Source: Balanoglossus misakiensis (lineage: Eukaryota; Animalia; Hemichordata). From it: DNA of 64,000 nt. The notes below the pieces were generated by a model. That model was not told the DNA's origin. It saw only the letters and a list, made by a program, of their open reading frames with translations, and made no database searches. Positions 1 to 12,600 of this stretch are shown one piece after another. Location: positions 3,030,345 through 3,094,344 of the forward strand of contig CM082579.2 in NCBI GenBank assembly GCA_040954595.2, written 5' to 3'. A program made the position numbers and the translations under genes. Numbering within the stretch: the stretch's first letter is position 1; each line of letters begins with the position of its first letter.

Positions 1-112
1 CTTTAATTTATGTGTTGATATTAAGCTTAGTATACTCAGTATTTCATTTATTTATAATACATGTACTGCATTTACGAATATTGAATGGCGTCAATCGGGC
101 CTGGCCGCTAAT

Positions 113-205
113 TTAACCCTTTCGCCGCCATGGTTTAGCCCAAACCCATTGTTTTCTATAGAAAAGTTGGACGTCTATACATGTAAATAGGGGTGAAAGG
201 ATTAA
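113..205. mobile_element. Short (~90 bp) piggyBac-type MITE remnant
   Basis: TTAA-CCCTTTCGCC...GGGTGAAAGGA-TTAA, i.e. imperfect terminal inverted repeats inside TTAA. A diverged copy in the opposite orientation lies at 5352-5448. Confidence 0.55.
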
Positions 206-1191
206 GGTAGTTGGAAAGGCTATTTTTGAAGCAAATTCTCTCAATGTTTGTGAATTTATTTTCACAAGTTAGAATAAAGATAATGACTTGAAATTTGCAG
301 CATGTATTCTTAACAAACTCAAAAGTGAGGGAAAAATATGACTGTAAAAATACCTGCTAAAATTATGAAATTTGATACGCCTAAATATAAATATTCATAA
401 TTTTACAAAATATTGATTGAATCTTGACATGTTTTCACAAATTATTGAATAATTTGTATTCATTTTAATATTAAGCAACCCCTCCAGCAATGTACGGGAC
501 ACTTTCAGCATAAACTTATTTTTTTCAAAGTTATCACTCAGGAAAACACAGTTTTTGTTGATATTTTGTATACAACTTTAACGTGCTGCCAAAACACAAC
601 GGGAAAACTTATGAAAAAACTGTCCCGTAAAATTGTTCTTTGGGATGTCCCGAGCCTTTCCTGAAAGTTTCATGATAAAAAAATTATCTGGCATACCAAT
701 TCAATCACAAATAAAAACCATTACATTATGGCGAAGGGCAGAAAAAGAGCGAAATACGCAAAGTTTAGCGGCAGTTCACGGCGAAGGATCGCATTTATCT
801 GGGTCAAACGCTTTTCCGCTGGCTTTTCGGGTTCCCTAGAAATGCAAAAATATCCATAATTTGGCAGCCTTTAATAAACAAGCAAGGTTATCTATCGTTG
901 AAAATTGCAAGAATCAGTGTTTGCAAGTTACATTTAAATGCCCTTGGCTAGGGGAACCCGTCCTTGTGCGCATAGCCTAGGAGAAGTCTTCCCCTAGAGG
1001 GCGCTCACATAAGGCTCCCTAGCTTCCTTGCCAGATGTATGAAATTAGGTATAATAAAACCAGCCATATCTTGTTACACGTTTATTGCCCCGAATTTTTC
1101 ATGAGTTTAATTTTTCTCTAATACATTTCTAGATATAAATTCAGTGTTTTTAAATGAAATTTTAACTGACGCCCTAGCCTTTCCAACTACC
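206..1191. mobile_element. Non-autonomous DNA transposon, Kolobok-like (TTAA target-site duplication, GG...CC termini)
   Basis: Perfect 17-bp TIRs GGTAGTTGGAAAGGCTA (206-222) and TAGCCTTTCCAACTACC (1175-1191), flanked by TTAA on both sides (202-205, 1192-1195). No transposase ORF inside. Confidence 0.8.
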
Positions 1192-2949
1192 TTAAATGTC
1201 GACTTTATAGGGAACTTTCATGGTCTCTATATTTAGATATCGTGGGCGCTAATACTTCATTATCTTAATTCAATCATGTAAATTATTATTAGTAAATAAA
1301 AAGGTTCTCAAAGAGCCAAAATGGGAAAGGGATATTTTCAAAATGTCGTTCGTATATATATTCTGCAACTCGCGCAGTTGAAGAAAACTTACCACGCAAG
1401 CGCAGCAGAACAATTCCCGGAGAATCTCCTGTAACCCAGATTCGTGACCCCGATTAAAGTTTTTTGCAAGGACACTCCGAAGACAATTATAAAATGATGA
1501 CATCTTCGTCAAAATACAAATACAAATTCACACAAATGTAATCCAATGTCTTGACAAATACAATGCCGTTCTAACTGAGTACAAATTGAACGTTGATCGA
1601 TACAGCTATGCTTTAACAAATATTAAAAATAATCTTTACCTTTATAATGCGACGGGGCCTGACGTAATCTGCTGTGGTCACCACGACAATTATCCTCTGT
1701 CCCGCAGAATTTTACAGTGGTTCAACCCAGACAGACTTAAAGAACTGAAGGCTTACTTCCTTCACTCCCAGTTCAACTGAAAGTAGGGGAAACGGTAGTT
1801 TTGCCTTTCACTTGTTGGAAGAGTACGTCGGTGTACACCACACGATTGCCACGGTCTGTCACAGGCGTTCGATCCGGAGTCAAGCGCTCACAATACCGAC
1901 GACGAACGAGATCAACCGCCAAGGTAAGTGCAAGTGTTTGAAAACTTCGGACGAGTACCTGTAGCTCTATCATATTGGTCAAAATGTCACGATATAAATC
2001 TGAACTTGGACAGTAGCTACACGAACTCTAATAATTCCATCCAAACAAGGGTGGTATTTCGTCCTACTTGTGATAAACGGTTCAACAAATCGGTTATTTT
2101 CATTCTAACTCAGCGACAATTAACCACAAATTGCAAACTTTCGGTTCAACGGTCGATGTTTACAGTATTTTCAACGAACAAGATTAACATTAATTGCGAC
2201 TTAGAAAAAACAAAGATGTCATGGCAACCCTTTTCCAGTATATGTACACGATTTCCACCGCGCGTAATCACACGTCAGTAGTAAGTGTTCATTCAGACGC
2301 CAAACTGTTTCAGTCTCTGTTCGTCGCGCATGGTCAATATTTGGGAAAGTAGAGCAAAACTTAAATAAGTACAATTTCTAACGCTGCAAAACATTGCGCA
2401 GGTCTGAAACCAAACTCATACAAATAGTTATCGCAGCTATGGGGCTTTTAAATGTTCCTTGCCGATTTCTTCAGAAAGATTCTGATAGATGTTCCTGGAG
2501 GCTCCCTAGCCCACTAATTATTTCTCAGAGACGTTTGAGAGCTTAATCTTTGATGTGTGTGTCAAAATATTACTTTTAAAAAGTACAATGTACTACATGA
2601 CACATTTAGGAGTGACCTAACCCTTCTTTGATTCTATTTGGAATAAATTCCATTAACCAAACCAAATATTTAAAGCGGGTTTAAACAGTATCGTTTTGTT
2701 GACAGCTTTTTGCGTTTTTTTCTTTTTTGTAAAATAATGGAAGTAGTAACGACATCGATTTTCTAAAGCCGTCTAGCAATCGCCCCGAAGAGAATAAAAT
2801 GCCTGAAACCTCTGTAATGAAAGTATCTGCTAATTATGCTAACGGGATTAAATCGATCTAGTCCAATTACTATTAAAAGACAAATCTACTGTTTCCATAA
2901 TGAACCCATGAACTGAATCCGCCTAGTCAGGTGTTCATACGTCACAATG

Positions 2950-3008
2950 AAACTGTAAATATTTATAAAGACAAAAAACCACCAGCAAGCGACTAGTGGG
3001 CTAGTCTA
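2950..3008. repeat. Dispersed repeat fragment shared with 14302-14390
   Basis: CAAGCGACTAGTGGGCTAGTCTA (2986-3008) and upstream AAGACAAAAAACCAC recur as the reverse complement at 14302-14390. Confidence 0.65.
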
Positions 3009-3077
3009 CTCTTGAACAAACCCTACTCAGTTGTTTTTGCGTGTTTTCTTTTAAATGGTAGGAGCAGCCGGGGAGTG

Positions 3078-5894
3078 ATGTCGACAATGGCGTGTGACGA
3101 TCTGGACAGGGAGTTTTTCACGGGCACAACGATGCATGGGATTGGCAGGATTGTGCAACGATCTCGACTCGTCTTCAAACTTTTGTGGTTGCTAATCGTC
3201 TCTACACTCTCCGGTGTTTGCGTCTGGCAGATCACTGACCGTGTCGTCCGTTTTGCCGAGTTTAACGTGAACACAGAAATCACACTAGAGTTTACCTCTG
3301 CAATAGAATTTCCCGCTGTCACGATTTGCAACTTCAACAAGTAAATTTCCTTCCCACTCTTTTCGCCATTTTATGTAGGTCTTGGGCTCAAGATATACAA
3401 CGTATGCGCTGCACAGTGGCAGGGTTTCCTTCAGAAAGCAATTTGATCCAAAATTCAGAACTTGGCAGCTATTGGGGCGTTTTAAAGGGCAACGATCGTC
3501 TTATGCGCATGTGCCAAACCAGAGACTCTGGATACATGCGCACAAGACGATCGCGATGATGGTCTATATACTATAACAATGAAACACTTGTTGCAGGTAC
3601 TATGCGTCTCGGTTGAGTGAAAATGATGAAGTGCTTATATACAATCTCATTAACGTCATTCACGGAGCTGACATCGATTTGAACTCGACGCTGTCGCCTG
3701 GTTTTGACTACGCCAACTTTACTCGGCGAGTCAGCATGCAATTGGATGACTCCACTTTGCTGCACTGTGAATGGCGGGGCAAAGCTTGCTCAGCAAAGGT
3801 GAGTTTATGAGTTTATGGGTTTATGAGTACATCATGTTCTGAATACAATGTAAAAGGAAAATTGTGGTTTGCCAAGTTTGCTCAGAATAGCAATTTGTTT
3901 GGCCCAATAAGACCTATCCCGTCCCCGATAGCGATTGTGCATTTGTAAAAGAAAGATATATTGTTGAGATCAAGAACTTTGGAGCATCGTTTCATTAACC
4001 TATTCATTTTATAAAATTTCTCTGAAGAATTTTACACACATCTTCACGTCGTATGGAAACTGCTACACCTTCAACGGAGGGAACGATGGTTATATTATAC
4101 AGGATCAACCTGGCCCAGGCAACGGACTCAAAATACTTATAGATATTCACCAGGTATAGTTGGTTTTTGCCAGGTTATTTTCTTTCCCAATATACATCGT
4201 ATTGTTCCTTCCATTTATATCGATTCCACGTTATTCTCAAATCTGAAAAACCACCCTGAATGCGAAAGGTTACTTTTAACACATGCGCGTTCTTATATCT
4301 CACCTGCTGCACGTATGTCATTTCCAGGCAGAATACATGCCTTCGTCAGGAGACAACATACAAGCCGGCATCAAAGTCCTGGTCCATGACAAGCAAACGC
4401 CACCTCTAATGGATGCACGAGGCAAAGCAGTGCCTCCAGGAGCTTATGCCTTTGTTGCTCTACAACAAGTTCGAGTAAGAAAACTCAAACACATTCGCTG
4501 TGACCGGTGGCGCATGCATGCATGTATGAGTGGGCGGGTGGGTGTTGCTGTGAAGTTATCTGAAACTTGGATAACACGTGGAAGGAAAACTAAAAGGAGT
4601 GAATGTACAGTATGTTTTATGCTAGACTGGAATCCAGACCCAGTGTGCGCGTGTGTGTGGCGTATGCGTGCATCCTGATCTCTCCTCGACTCGCTCTATA
4701 GACATTTAGCATGCAGAAAATCAAGGATAATTTACGAAATTTCTCCCCAGTCAATTAGTTTACCGAAGCCGTATGGACCCTGTGTCGTAGAATCTACGTT
4801 AGAGCATTTCGAGAAGTATTCTATGATAGCCTGCCTCATAGAATGGAGACTTGGCATCATCGTCGAACAGTGCGGCTGCAAACCTTTCGAGTATCCGGGT
4901 ACTGCCAGGGACTGCACATTGGTGGAGACCACAGTTTGTGTTCGGGACACTCTAGGTCAGTTTTTGCCCATTACAATTATCCGGTCGCTGTTTTGAATAG
5001 GCATTATAAGTACTGGTTTGCACAAGCTCTGGTGTGTAATCAATTTCATCGGTTCTTTTATTATCCAGAACAGATAAAAAGAGGCGACTTTATGCAGTCG
5101 GGATGCTCTGTATCTTGCAACACGACCACTTTTTCGACCGACGTGTCGTTGGCACAATTCCCGAACGCGTATTTCGCAAACGTCATGGCCGGAATGCTGC
5201 CCAAGTACACACGTGAATATGCCTTGTAAGTTTATATTCAACGTGATTTTTCTATGAATCTGTCAACCCTGTTTCATCAGTGTATGTGTATTAGCTTTCA
5301 GGTGTGTTGCTTTACTGAGGTAAATGATTCGAAGTCGGGCGTAGTTAACTTTTAACCCTTCCACCTGCGGTTCCCTCTATCAGAAGTCCAATTTTACCAC
5401 AGAAAACGACGGATTTGGACCAAACCATGGAGGCGAAACGATTATTAAAGGCATCATTATTCTGAACACAGTGTATTTTAATTTCTAGGGACAGCATGGT
5501 CTTTCTGGATATATTCTACGACGAGATCAATTATGAAGAAATGAGACAAACAGCTGCAATGACCACGTCAGCTTTAGTCAGTAAGTTTTATGCACAGAAA
5601 AAAATACCATATTTGTGAGTGTAGCTGTACTGTGAAGCCCATGAGCAAATTTGTCTGACTTTTGAAATTTTGTCCCCCCCCCCCTCCCCAGGTGACATAG
5701 GCGGCCAGGTCGGATTCTTCCTCGGCGCCAGCGTCATCACGATGTGCGAGTTCGTCGAGTACTTCATCATGAAGTGCCACCGACTCTTGGGCAGAAAGAA
5801 AGTGGGAATCAAGCACAGCGGAAATGTGGAGAGCGGAATCCACAGGGAAGGACCCACAATCCTGGTTGTCCAACCCAAGCATGAACTTTATTAA
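3078..5894 (+). CDS. Acid-sensing ion channel-like DEG/ENaC family subunit (~464 aa, 8 coding exons)
   Basis: Exons 3078-3340, 3597-3798, 4028-4153, 4328-4474, 4751-4955, 5069-5225, 5489-5580 and 5692-5894 splice in frame. Motifs: TTMHG (pre-TM1 HG), FPAVTICNFN, YGNCYTFN, Cys-rich thumb, DIGGQVGFFLGAS (TM2 with GAS filter). Confidence 0.93.
5352..5448. mobile_element. Second, diverged copy of the short TTAA-CCC MITE, inside an ASIC-like intron
   Basis: Aligns with the reverse complement of 113-205 (...GTCCAA..TTT...AGAAAAC..GG.TTTGG.C.AAACCATGG.GGCGAAA...). Confidence 0.55.
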
Positions 5895-6547
5895 ATGTTC
5901 CATCACACGGTGTCATTTATGACAGAACCAAGATACTGATTATCACTTCACGATCGATTTGAATTGTAGATATTTCAATCAATTTTCATGGTCATTGTCC
6001 AGTTTCCCCCTTTACAAATATTCTCAGTAGCAGTGATTTTTTTCCTGTGTAAATTGCTCCTGAGGTCATTTTGCATGCCCCTTTTAACTATAGTACAATG
6101 GGTAGAAAAGTTCAATCGCTTCTTCAGATGTTGAATCATACTGTAGTAACGCTGTAATCGTGTATATCATATATAAAGTGTGATGTTGTGTAAGTATTTG
6201 TACGCTGAGGTATGCTGAATTTGTTCGAATCCTTTGTTCATTTTCTTGACAATCTCCTGCTACACTGCACAGAAATTAAAATTGCCAATTGCACTATTTG
6301 TAAAACGGAAAACTGTAGATAGTAGAGGTACAGTGTCCATAGAATTTTCAAAATAATTATAGAAAATACATTTTGTTAACCATTTTGTCAATTTTTTTTA
6401 CAATTTCTTGCAATTCTTAAAAAAATGCTGGATTTGTTATAATCATTCAAAAATGGCATGAATGCTTCTTTGAGTGTGATCATGTTTTCTTACAGAAATA
6501 AATTTATACTACATGTATCAGCCTTAAAGATGCTCTAAGAGATTCAT

Positions 6548-8722
6548 TCACGCAAAGAGAGATTCGACCGCATTAAGAAAACTTTCCTCAAATTCCTTTT
6601 CTGAAAATCTCCCAACCGACTCGCGGGCGTTTTCCCGGATTGCCATCCTCTCTCTTGCTGACATTCTCAGGATGGTTTCCATGGCACCCGCGTAGGACTC
6701 CACATCATCAGCCAGAAAGCCTGTTTGTTTGTTGTTGTATTCCACCACTATGTCCATCTTGGGCCCGCCGGAGTTGTGTGCCAGTATCACCGTCCCTGCC
6801 GCCATGCACTCCACAACACCTGCAGAAATGGAGATTACGAAAATCAATGGCAGTTGTGCAATGCAACCTTCCTACATCACTTTCCCCTGTGACTGGATCT
6901 TATTATATATACATCCAATACAGGGTTAAATTTGGCGTTTCAAAACACAGCTGGAACTGAAAGTAGCTGAAAGTGGATGCGAAATATACTGAAGCTCACC
7001 TATGCCAAAGTGTTCATTCCACATCGTATGCAGACCGATGGTTGCCTCCCCTAGGTATCTCTTGAGCTCCTCAAAGGAGACGTTGAGTTTGAAGTCAACG
7101 TAGGGTCTGATTTTCAAGCTCTCGCAGAGCTCTCTCAATGCGTCCACTCTGTCAGCGTCCCCTTGATTTCTGCAACTGCCTACGAGAACCAGTTTCACCT
7201 TCTCTCGCTCGTCCTCTGCTAACCGCTGCAGCAGTACGTTGAAAGCCATTATCTGCAGCGGGTGGTCTTTCTCCGGTCGGAACTGCGCGATCGAGACGAT
7301 GGTGTGCTCCTTCTTGTCGCTGTCGTCCCTCAGTGGGAGCTTCAGGAATTCGTTGGTGTCGCAAGGTGGGTAGACGATGGAGGTTCTGTCCCTGGCTGCC
7401 CAGAGTTCCAGGATGTGACCCCGCGTCCAGGTGGAGTTCACCATGACGACGTTGCACCGCGCCCCGGCGACGCCGTAGACAAAGGCGAACAGGCGGTAGT
7501 ACAACAGCTTGATGTTGGTCAGTATTGGACTGCGCGAAATGAAGTTGGGGTTGTTGTACGTCTGCGTTCGCTCTTTGACGCGAGAGAGCATATCAGTACT
7601 GATGGTTGGATAATGCACATAGCAGGCCACTCGACACCCACCCAGATACTTGAACAGTGGGATGGTGAACGCATAGCCCATGGAATCCAGGAACACGTCC
7701 GGCACATACTTCATCATGGCTTCCCAGCCAAGGAATACAGAGCCCAAGCTCTGACCCAGCAGAGTGAAATATGGCCAAGTGCTGGCTTCCACCAGGTTTC
7801 TTCTCTTGAGAAAGACAAATTCCACAGGTTGTTTCACGATGATGTTGAATCTGTTTCTTGCTTTTTGGATGATCTCTGGCCCAGTAACATTTTGATCTCC
7901 AGTGTAAACAACACATTTTACATTCTTGTACCTGCAAAGTACAACATGAAATGTTTCTTCGTCATCTGAACATATATTCAAGTCCAGCACACACTGTCAA
8001 TATTGAATGTCGCCACAAAGGTGAAAGGTCAATCTGCAATGACAGCTGAGCCTTGCACAATCAGAAGGTGAATGGGCGACCTACCTACTCTGTAGGGCAT
8101 TAATGGCACACCACAGCACCCGCTCGCCTCCACCCCCTGCATTGCAGTACGGATGGAAGAACCCAACTGTTTTTGAAATCTTGCCATCTTTGTTTGGCGC
8201 TTTCAAGTCTGGCAGAAGCGTCCTGGATCTCCTTCTGATCCATTCTCGCAGTCCAAGGAATACGATGGCTGTCAGTGGAATCAGCAGGATGCTTGCACTG
8301 AGTAGGAACATCACAACACTGTAGAAAAACCTACAAGGAAAGTGGACAGACAATGAAGTTGTTAAGACATGATTATTGTCCTTCACGCAGGCAGGTACAG
8401 GCAGTGATCATTGTTTCGGCAGTCAAGGTCATGCATGAGGTCAAGCAGTAAAATCGCTTTGGAGCAGCTAGTGCTGCCATAAACTGTGGAAAAAACATGC
8501 AGGTCCATAGATTCACGAATTTCTAACAATGTTTTCAGCTGCAGCGCATGTCACCACGATTTCGCCAAGCTCCGCCGCACCAGCTGTCCGCCAGCCGCTC
8601 ACTTCCGCATTTGGTGACTGCGATGCGTACGTGGCGTTTCTTAATCTTCGACTCGACTGTGAGGTTAACACTTACATTATCGTGCAAAATTCCACCAATT
8701 TCGAAAATATCCGATGGGGCAT
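6548..8722 (-). CDS. ALG11: GDP-Man:Man3GlcNAc2-PP-Dol alpha-1,2-mannosyltransferase (~498 aa, 4 coding exons)
   Basis: Exons 8722-8676 (47 nt, GTAAGT donor; least certain), 8330-8085, 7931-7000 and 6819-6548. Motifs [40 protein letters not shown] and [19 protein letters not shown]. Confidence 0.95.
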
Positions 8723-9653
8723 GTTGATCTCCAACCCTTTGTTCTTAGACCTGCCGGGTACGCGTCATTCTCCACAGAAAAGAACTTTCACTACCGTACG
8801 ACGGGTTACTACATCACTGCGCTGAAGAGTGAACTACGCGATTGCCTCATTGTTGACCTTTGACATGACATATCCATTGTTACGCGGTCATTTACTGCAC
8901 TCTTGTTTTCTGTTATTACAAACTGGGTAACCTGCGAGTGACCTGCATGTCTAAAACAAATCTTTGCTCGCACGTAACACATCTAGTGGTAACTTATCGG
9001 ATAATGAAAAACTTACCCGAAAAGAGACAGCGCAAGATCAGCAATGGGCGCAGCCATTTTTATCCACAAAGCATTCTGGGTAACATTTGTTTGCGGCTAC
9101 TGAACTCTGCACCTGTACTCACTTATTCTTAATTAATGTCGAGATGCCATGACAGCAAAGTATAAGAAATAACCTTTAATTTGAATAAATGCATATTAAA
9201 TTCGACATTTCTAAAGGCTGACAAAATTACGACGGTTTCGAGTATTATGATAAACTTTTAAAAACAAAAGATAGCTCAAAAATGATTATTTGAGGGCGCA
9301 CTCAGTTGATGTGAGTGGTTTCCCTTTGGCGTTCAATCAAATATCGCTACATCACTGTCTCTTTCAAGTCAAGAAAGTATAATACGAATGATACAGTTTT
9401 GAATATATTTTGTCATTTATTGTTATTTACACGATTGAGAGAAATGCAACGTGGAAGGGCAATTAAACAAAGACTATCGGTGTTTCGAGTATCGTCATAA
9501 TTCTGTGGTATTTGGAAACAGCAACACGAGTTCAGAAATTCAAGATATCATAATTGTGTCTTCATTTCTCTCTGTTCGTCTGCCTGCCTGTCTCTCCTCT
9601 TTTTCTCTACTTCTTGTCTTTCGAAGTGTCTTTGAGAACTTGAGTGAGCGTTG

Positions 9654-12600
9654 CTATGGAATGTCAGTATCTTCGGTCAACAACGCTCGTTCTGACGTCA
9701 CTCTCTTTCTACGTTTGTTCCCTTGAGATGAATTGGCTATACACGACGACAGATCGTCCAGTTCACCGACTTCGCTTACAATACCGTTCTTTGAGATCCT
9801 CTCGAGTTTACCGTTGGATGGTTTTGTGTACCTGAGAAAAAAACAGTAAGATATCAATTTTTATTTTGGCAAATTTTACTGAAACGTTTGGGCTATCTTC
9901 CCGTAAGACAGGGCTCCGAAAATACACGCACGCACGCAACATGCAAACAAACAAACAAATGTAGAGAATATATACTTACAATTTCAGCATGAGTGATGAA
10001 CAAAGAACTGAGAGAGACGATGCCGCCATTGCAGCAGCTGCCATCCAGGGTTGCAACATAATGCAAACTGGCATCAGAACACCTATGCAAGAAATGTATT
10101 AAAGGGTTATTTTCAGCTGTAAACATAGTTTGAAACGCGCACAAACAAGCACAAGCACACATACATGCATACATGCATACAGACAGACAGACACAGACAG
10201 ACAGACAGACAGCCAGACATTCGCAGATAAACTTTTCCACAACCTGATTATACCAGAAAATTTCACTAACCAGCTGCAATGGGAATAGCAATGACATTGT
10301 AAATAATAGCAAAGCCGAAATTCACACGAATGCGCCGGATGGTCTGCTTCGATAAATCTATAGCTGCGACCACATCCAGAAGATTACTCTGTAAATACAA
10401 AATGTACGGTTAGTGAGGGAGAAAAATGGATTATTTATATTGATGATCTTTATTTTGCATTTGATCGCAATATGTGTGAGATACTACGGTAAACTGTACA
10501 TGGCACAACTTGAATACCGACCAAAAACAATTTCACGGTGAACTGTTTATTGGAATTACCTTGATCAATACAATATCTGCGGCTTCTACAGCAATGTCGG
10601 TACCTGTTCCGATAGCAACGCCAACATCAGCTTGTGCCAATGCAGGCGAGTCGTTGACGCCGTCCCCAACCATGGCAACAACGTGACCTCTGACCTGCAG
10701 TTCCTTGACAATGTTCACTTTGTCGGATGGCAGCACTTCGGCGCATACCCGGGTAATGCCAACCTATTAGTCAGAATTTGCAAAGAAAACGGAAAAACCA
10801 ATTTTTAAATAACATCATGACTGTGAAAGGACAGTAAAGAACTTGCTGCCCTTTTTGTTTTAATTGTTAGAATTCAAGAATGACAAGTTTCCTACCTGTC
10901 TGGCTATAGCGGTTGCTGTTTTATTATTATCTCCCGTTAGCAATATCACAGGCAGTCCCATTCCGTGGAGCGCACTTACAGCTAACCGCGATTCGTCTTT
11001 CAAAATATCAGCGACAACAAACATTCCTACAAGCGTACCTGAAATAAGCGGAACAGATTATTTGTAAATTCATAACACAATAGGCCTAACAATTGATTTT
11101 ATTTAAAGAAATTGGTATATTCCTTACCGTTGATTGCAACAAGCACAGCACTACGCCCTTGATCTTCATGCTCCTTCATTGCGCCATCAATCAATGACGT
11201 CACAGCCATCCCATTTCGTGTCATCCAGTCTCTCTTTCCAATCAACACTTCGTATTCCGATTGGTTACTCAAGCCAGTTTTGTTATCTGTATTTTTCATA
11301 AACATTAGTCAAATGTGTATATATTCTCAGAAGGAAACATGATAGGTACATGATCTATCGAAAGTGAAGGAATTTTAACTTCTCACGATACACATTCAAC
11401 AGTATGGTATCACCACCTCCACCACCACCACCACCACCACCAAACAACACCACCACCACGCACGTAGATTCCACTCACTTCGAGGCGTCCAATTATTGAC
11501 CAATCCGTGCTGAGGAGCTGCTTCATCTATCCCATCCGGGGACATTTTACCCACGGCTTCTGAGAGCAGAAATAGCGCACTGTTAAAGGAGACGCTTTCG
11601 TCCGCCATCTTTGAAGTCCGCTCGCTGAGAACCCTGGCGATGTTGCTGACTTTACAAGATAAACCATAGCCTGGTAGAGCTTCAAAATCTCTACATGTTC
11701 CAAGACTTTCACTTTGTAAGACCTGTTTAAATTGAGAGGATTCTTACATCACGTATATGTCACACAGGTGCAACTTCAAATAGTCTATGATGTAATGACC
11801 TACAAATGATTCTGTTCCTGTATATGCGAAATAAATTCTGATATGTTCATTATACAAAAGAGAATGTGCTGAAGTGATGTAAAACAATCATACAAGCCTA
11901 TACTGACTGTTTTTGTGTACTGTGTTATCGCCACACCTATCGGGTGTTCACTGTGCGACTCGGCAGTGCCAGCAATGGCCAGAAATTGGTCAGCTCTGTA
12001 GCCACCTTCCGGACCAGTGAATGTGGTATACGTCACGACTTTCGGTGTTCCCTGAGTTATGGTGCCTGTCTTGTCGAATACAACCACGTTGACCTGAGAT
12101 TTACACGAGAGTAAAGAAACACCGACAGGAAAATGTCATTTCAAGGAGAACTACTGTCATTTCGCATAAAAAAGTCTTGCTTTACTTGTTGTCCCCAACA
12201 CAGAGCGGGTGCATATTGATATGTGAATGGCACATATTTGAGGTTTTGTCGCACTAAGGTTATTTTCCAGAAAAAAATATCTCATGGCAACTATTCAATT
12301 TTAGCCACTGGACATTCTCACCTTGTGGGCCAACTCCAATGCTTCCCCTCCCTTTATCAGGATTCCATTGGTTGCTCCGACTCCGGTCCCTACCATGACA
12401 GCGGTAGGGGTGGCCAACCCAAGTGCACATGGACAGGCAATACATAGAACAGATATTGCGCAACTGAACGCTAAATTCAAAATCATTTCGTCCTCGGTCA
12501 TGTTCATCGCTTCTGCATGTTCATCGCTTCTGCATTTGGTTTTGATGTGATCCATCGAATGCGTGTATCCAAGCACAATGTGTATTCCAAGTGTGAGTGC

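Noticed and set aside
7262-7969. 235-aa plus-strand ORF
   Set aside because: Antisense shadow of the large ALG11 exon; no recognisable motifs.
8603-8610. Alternative ALG11 first exon ATGCGGAA|GTGAGC
   Set aside because: Phase-compatible, but exon 8722-8676 has a better donor and start context and the expected size; cannot be resolved without RNA data.
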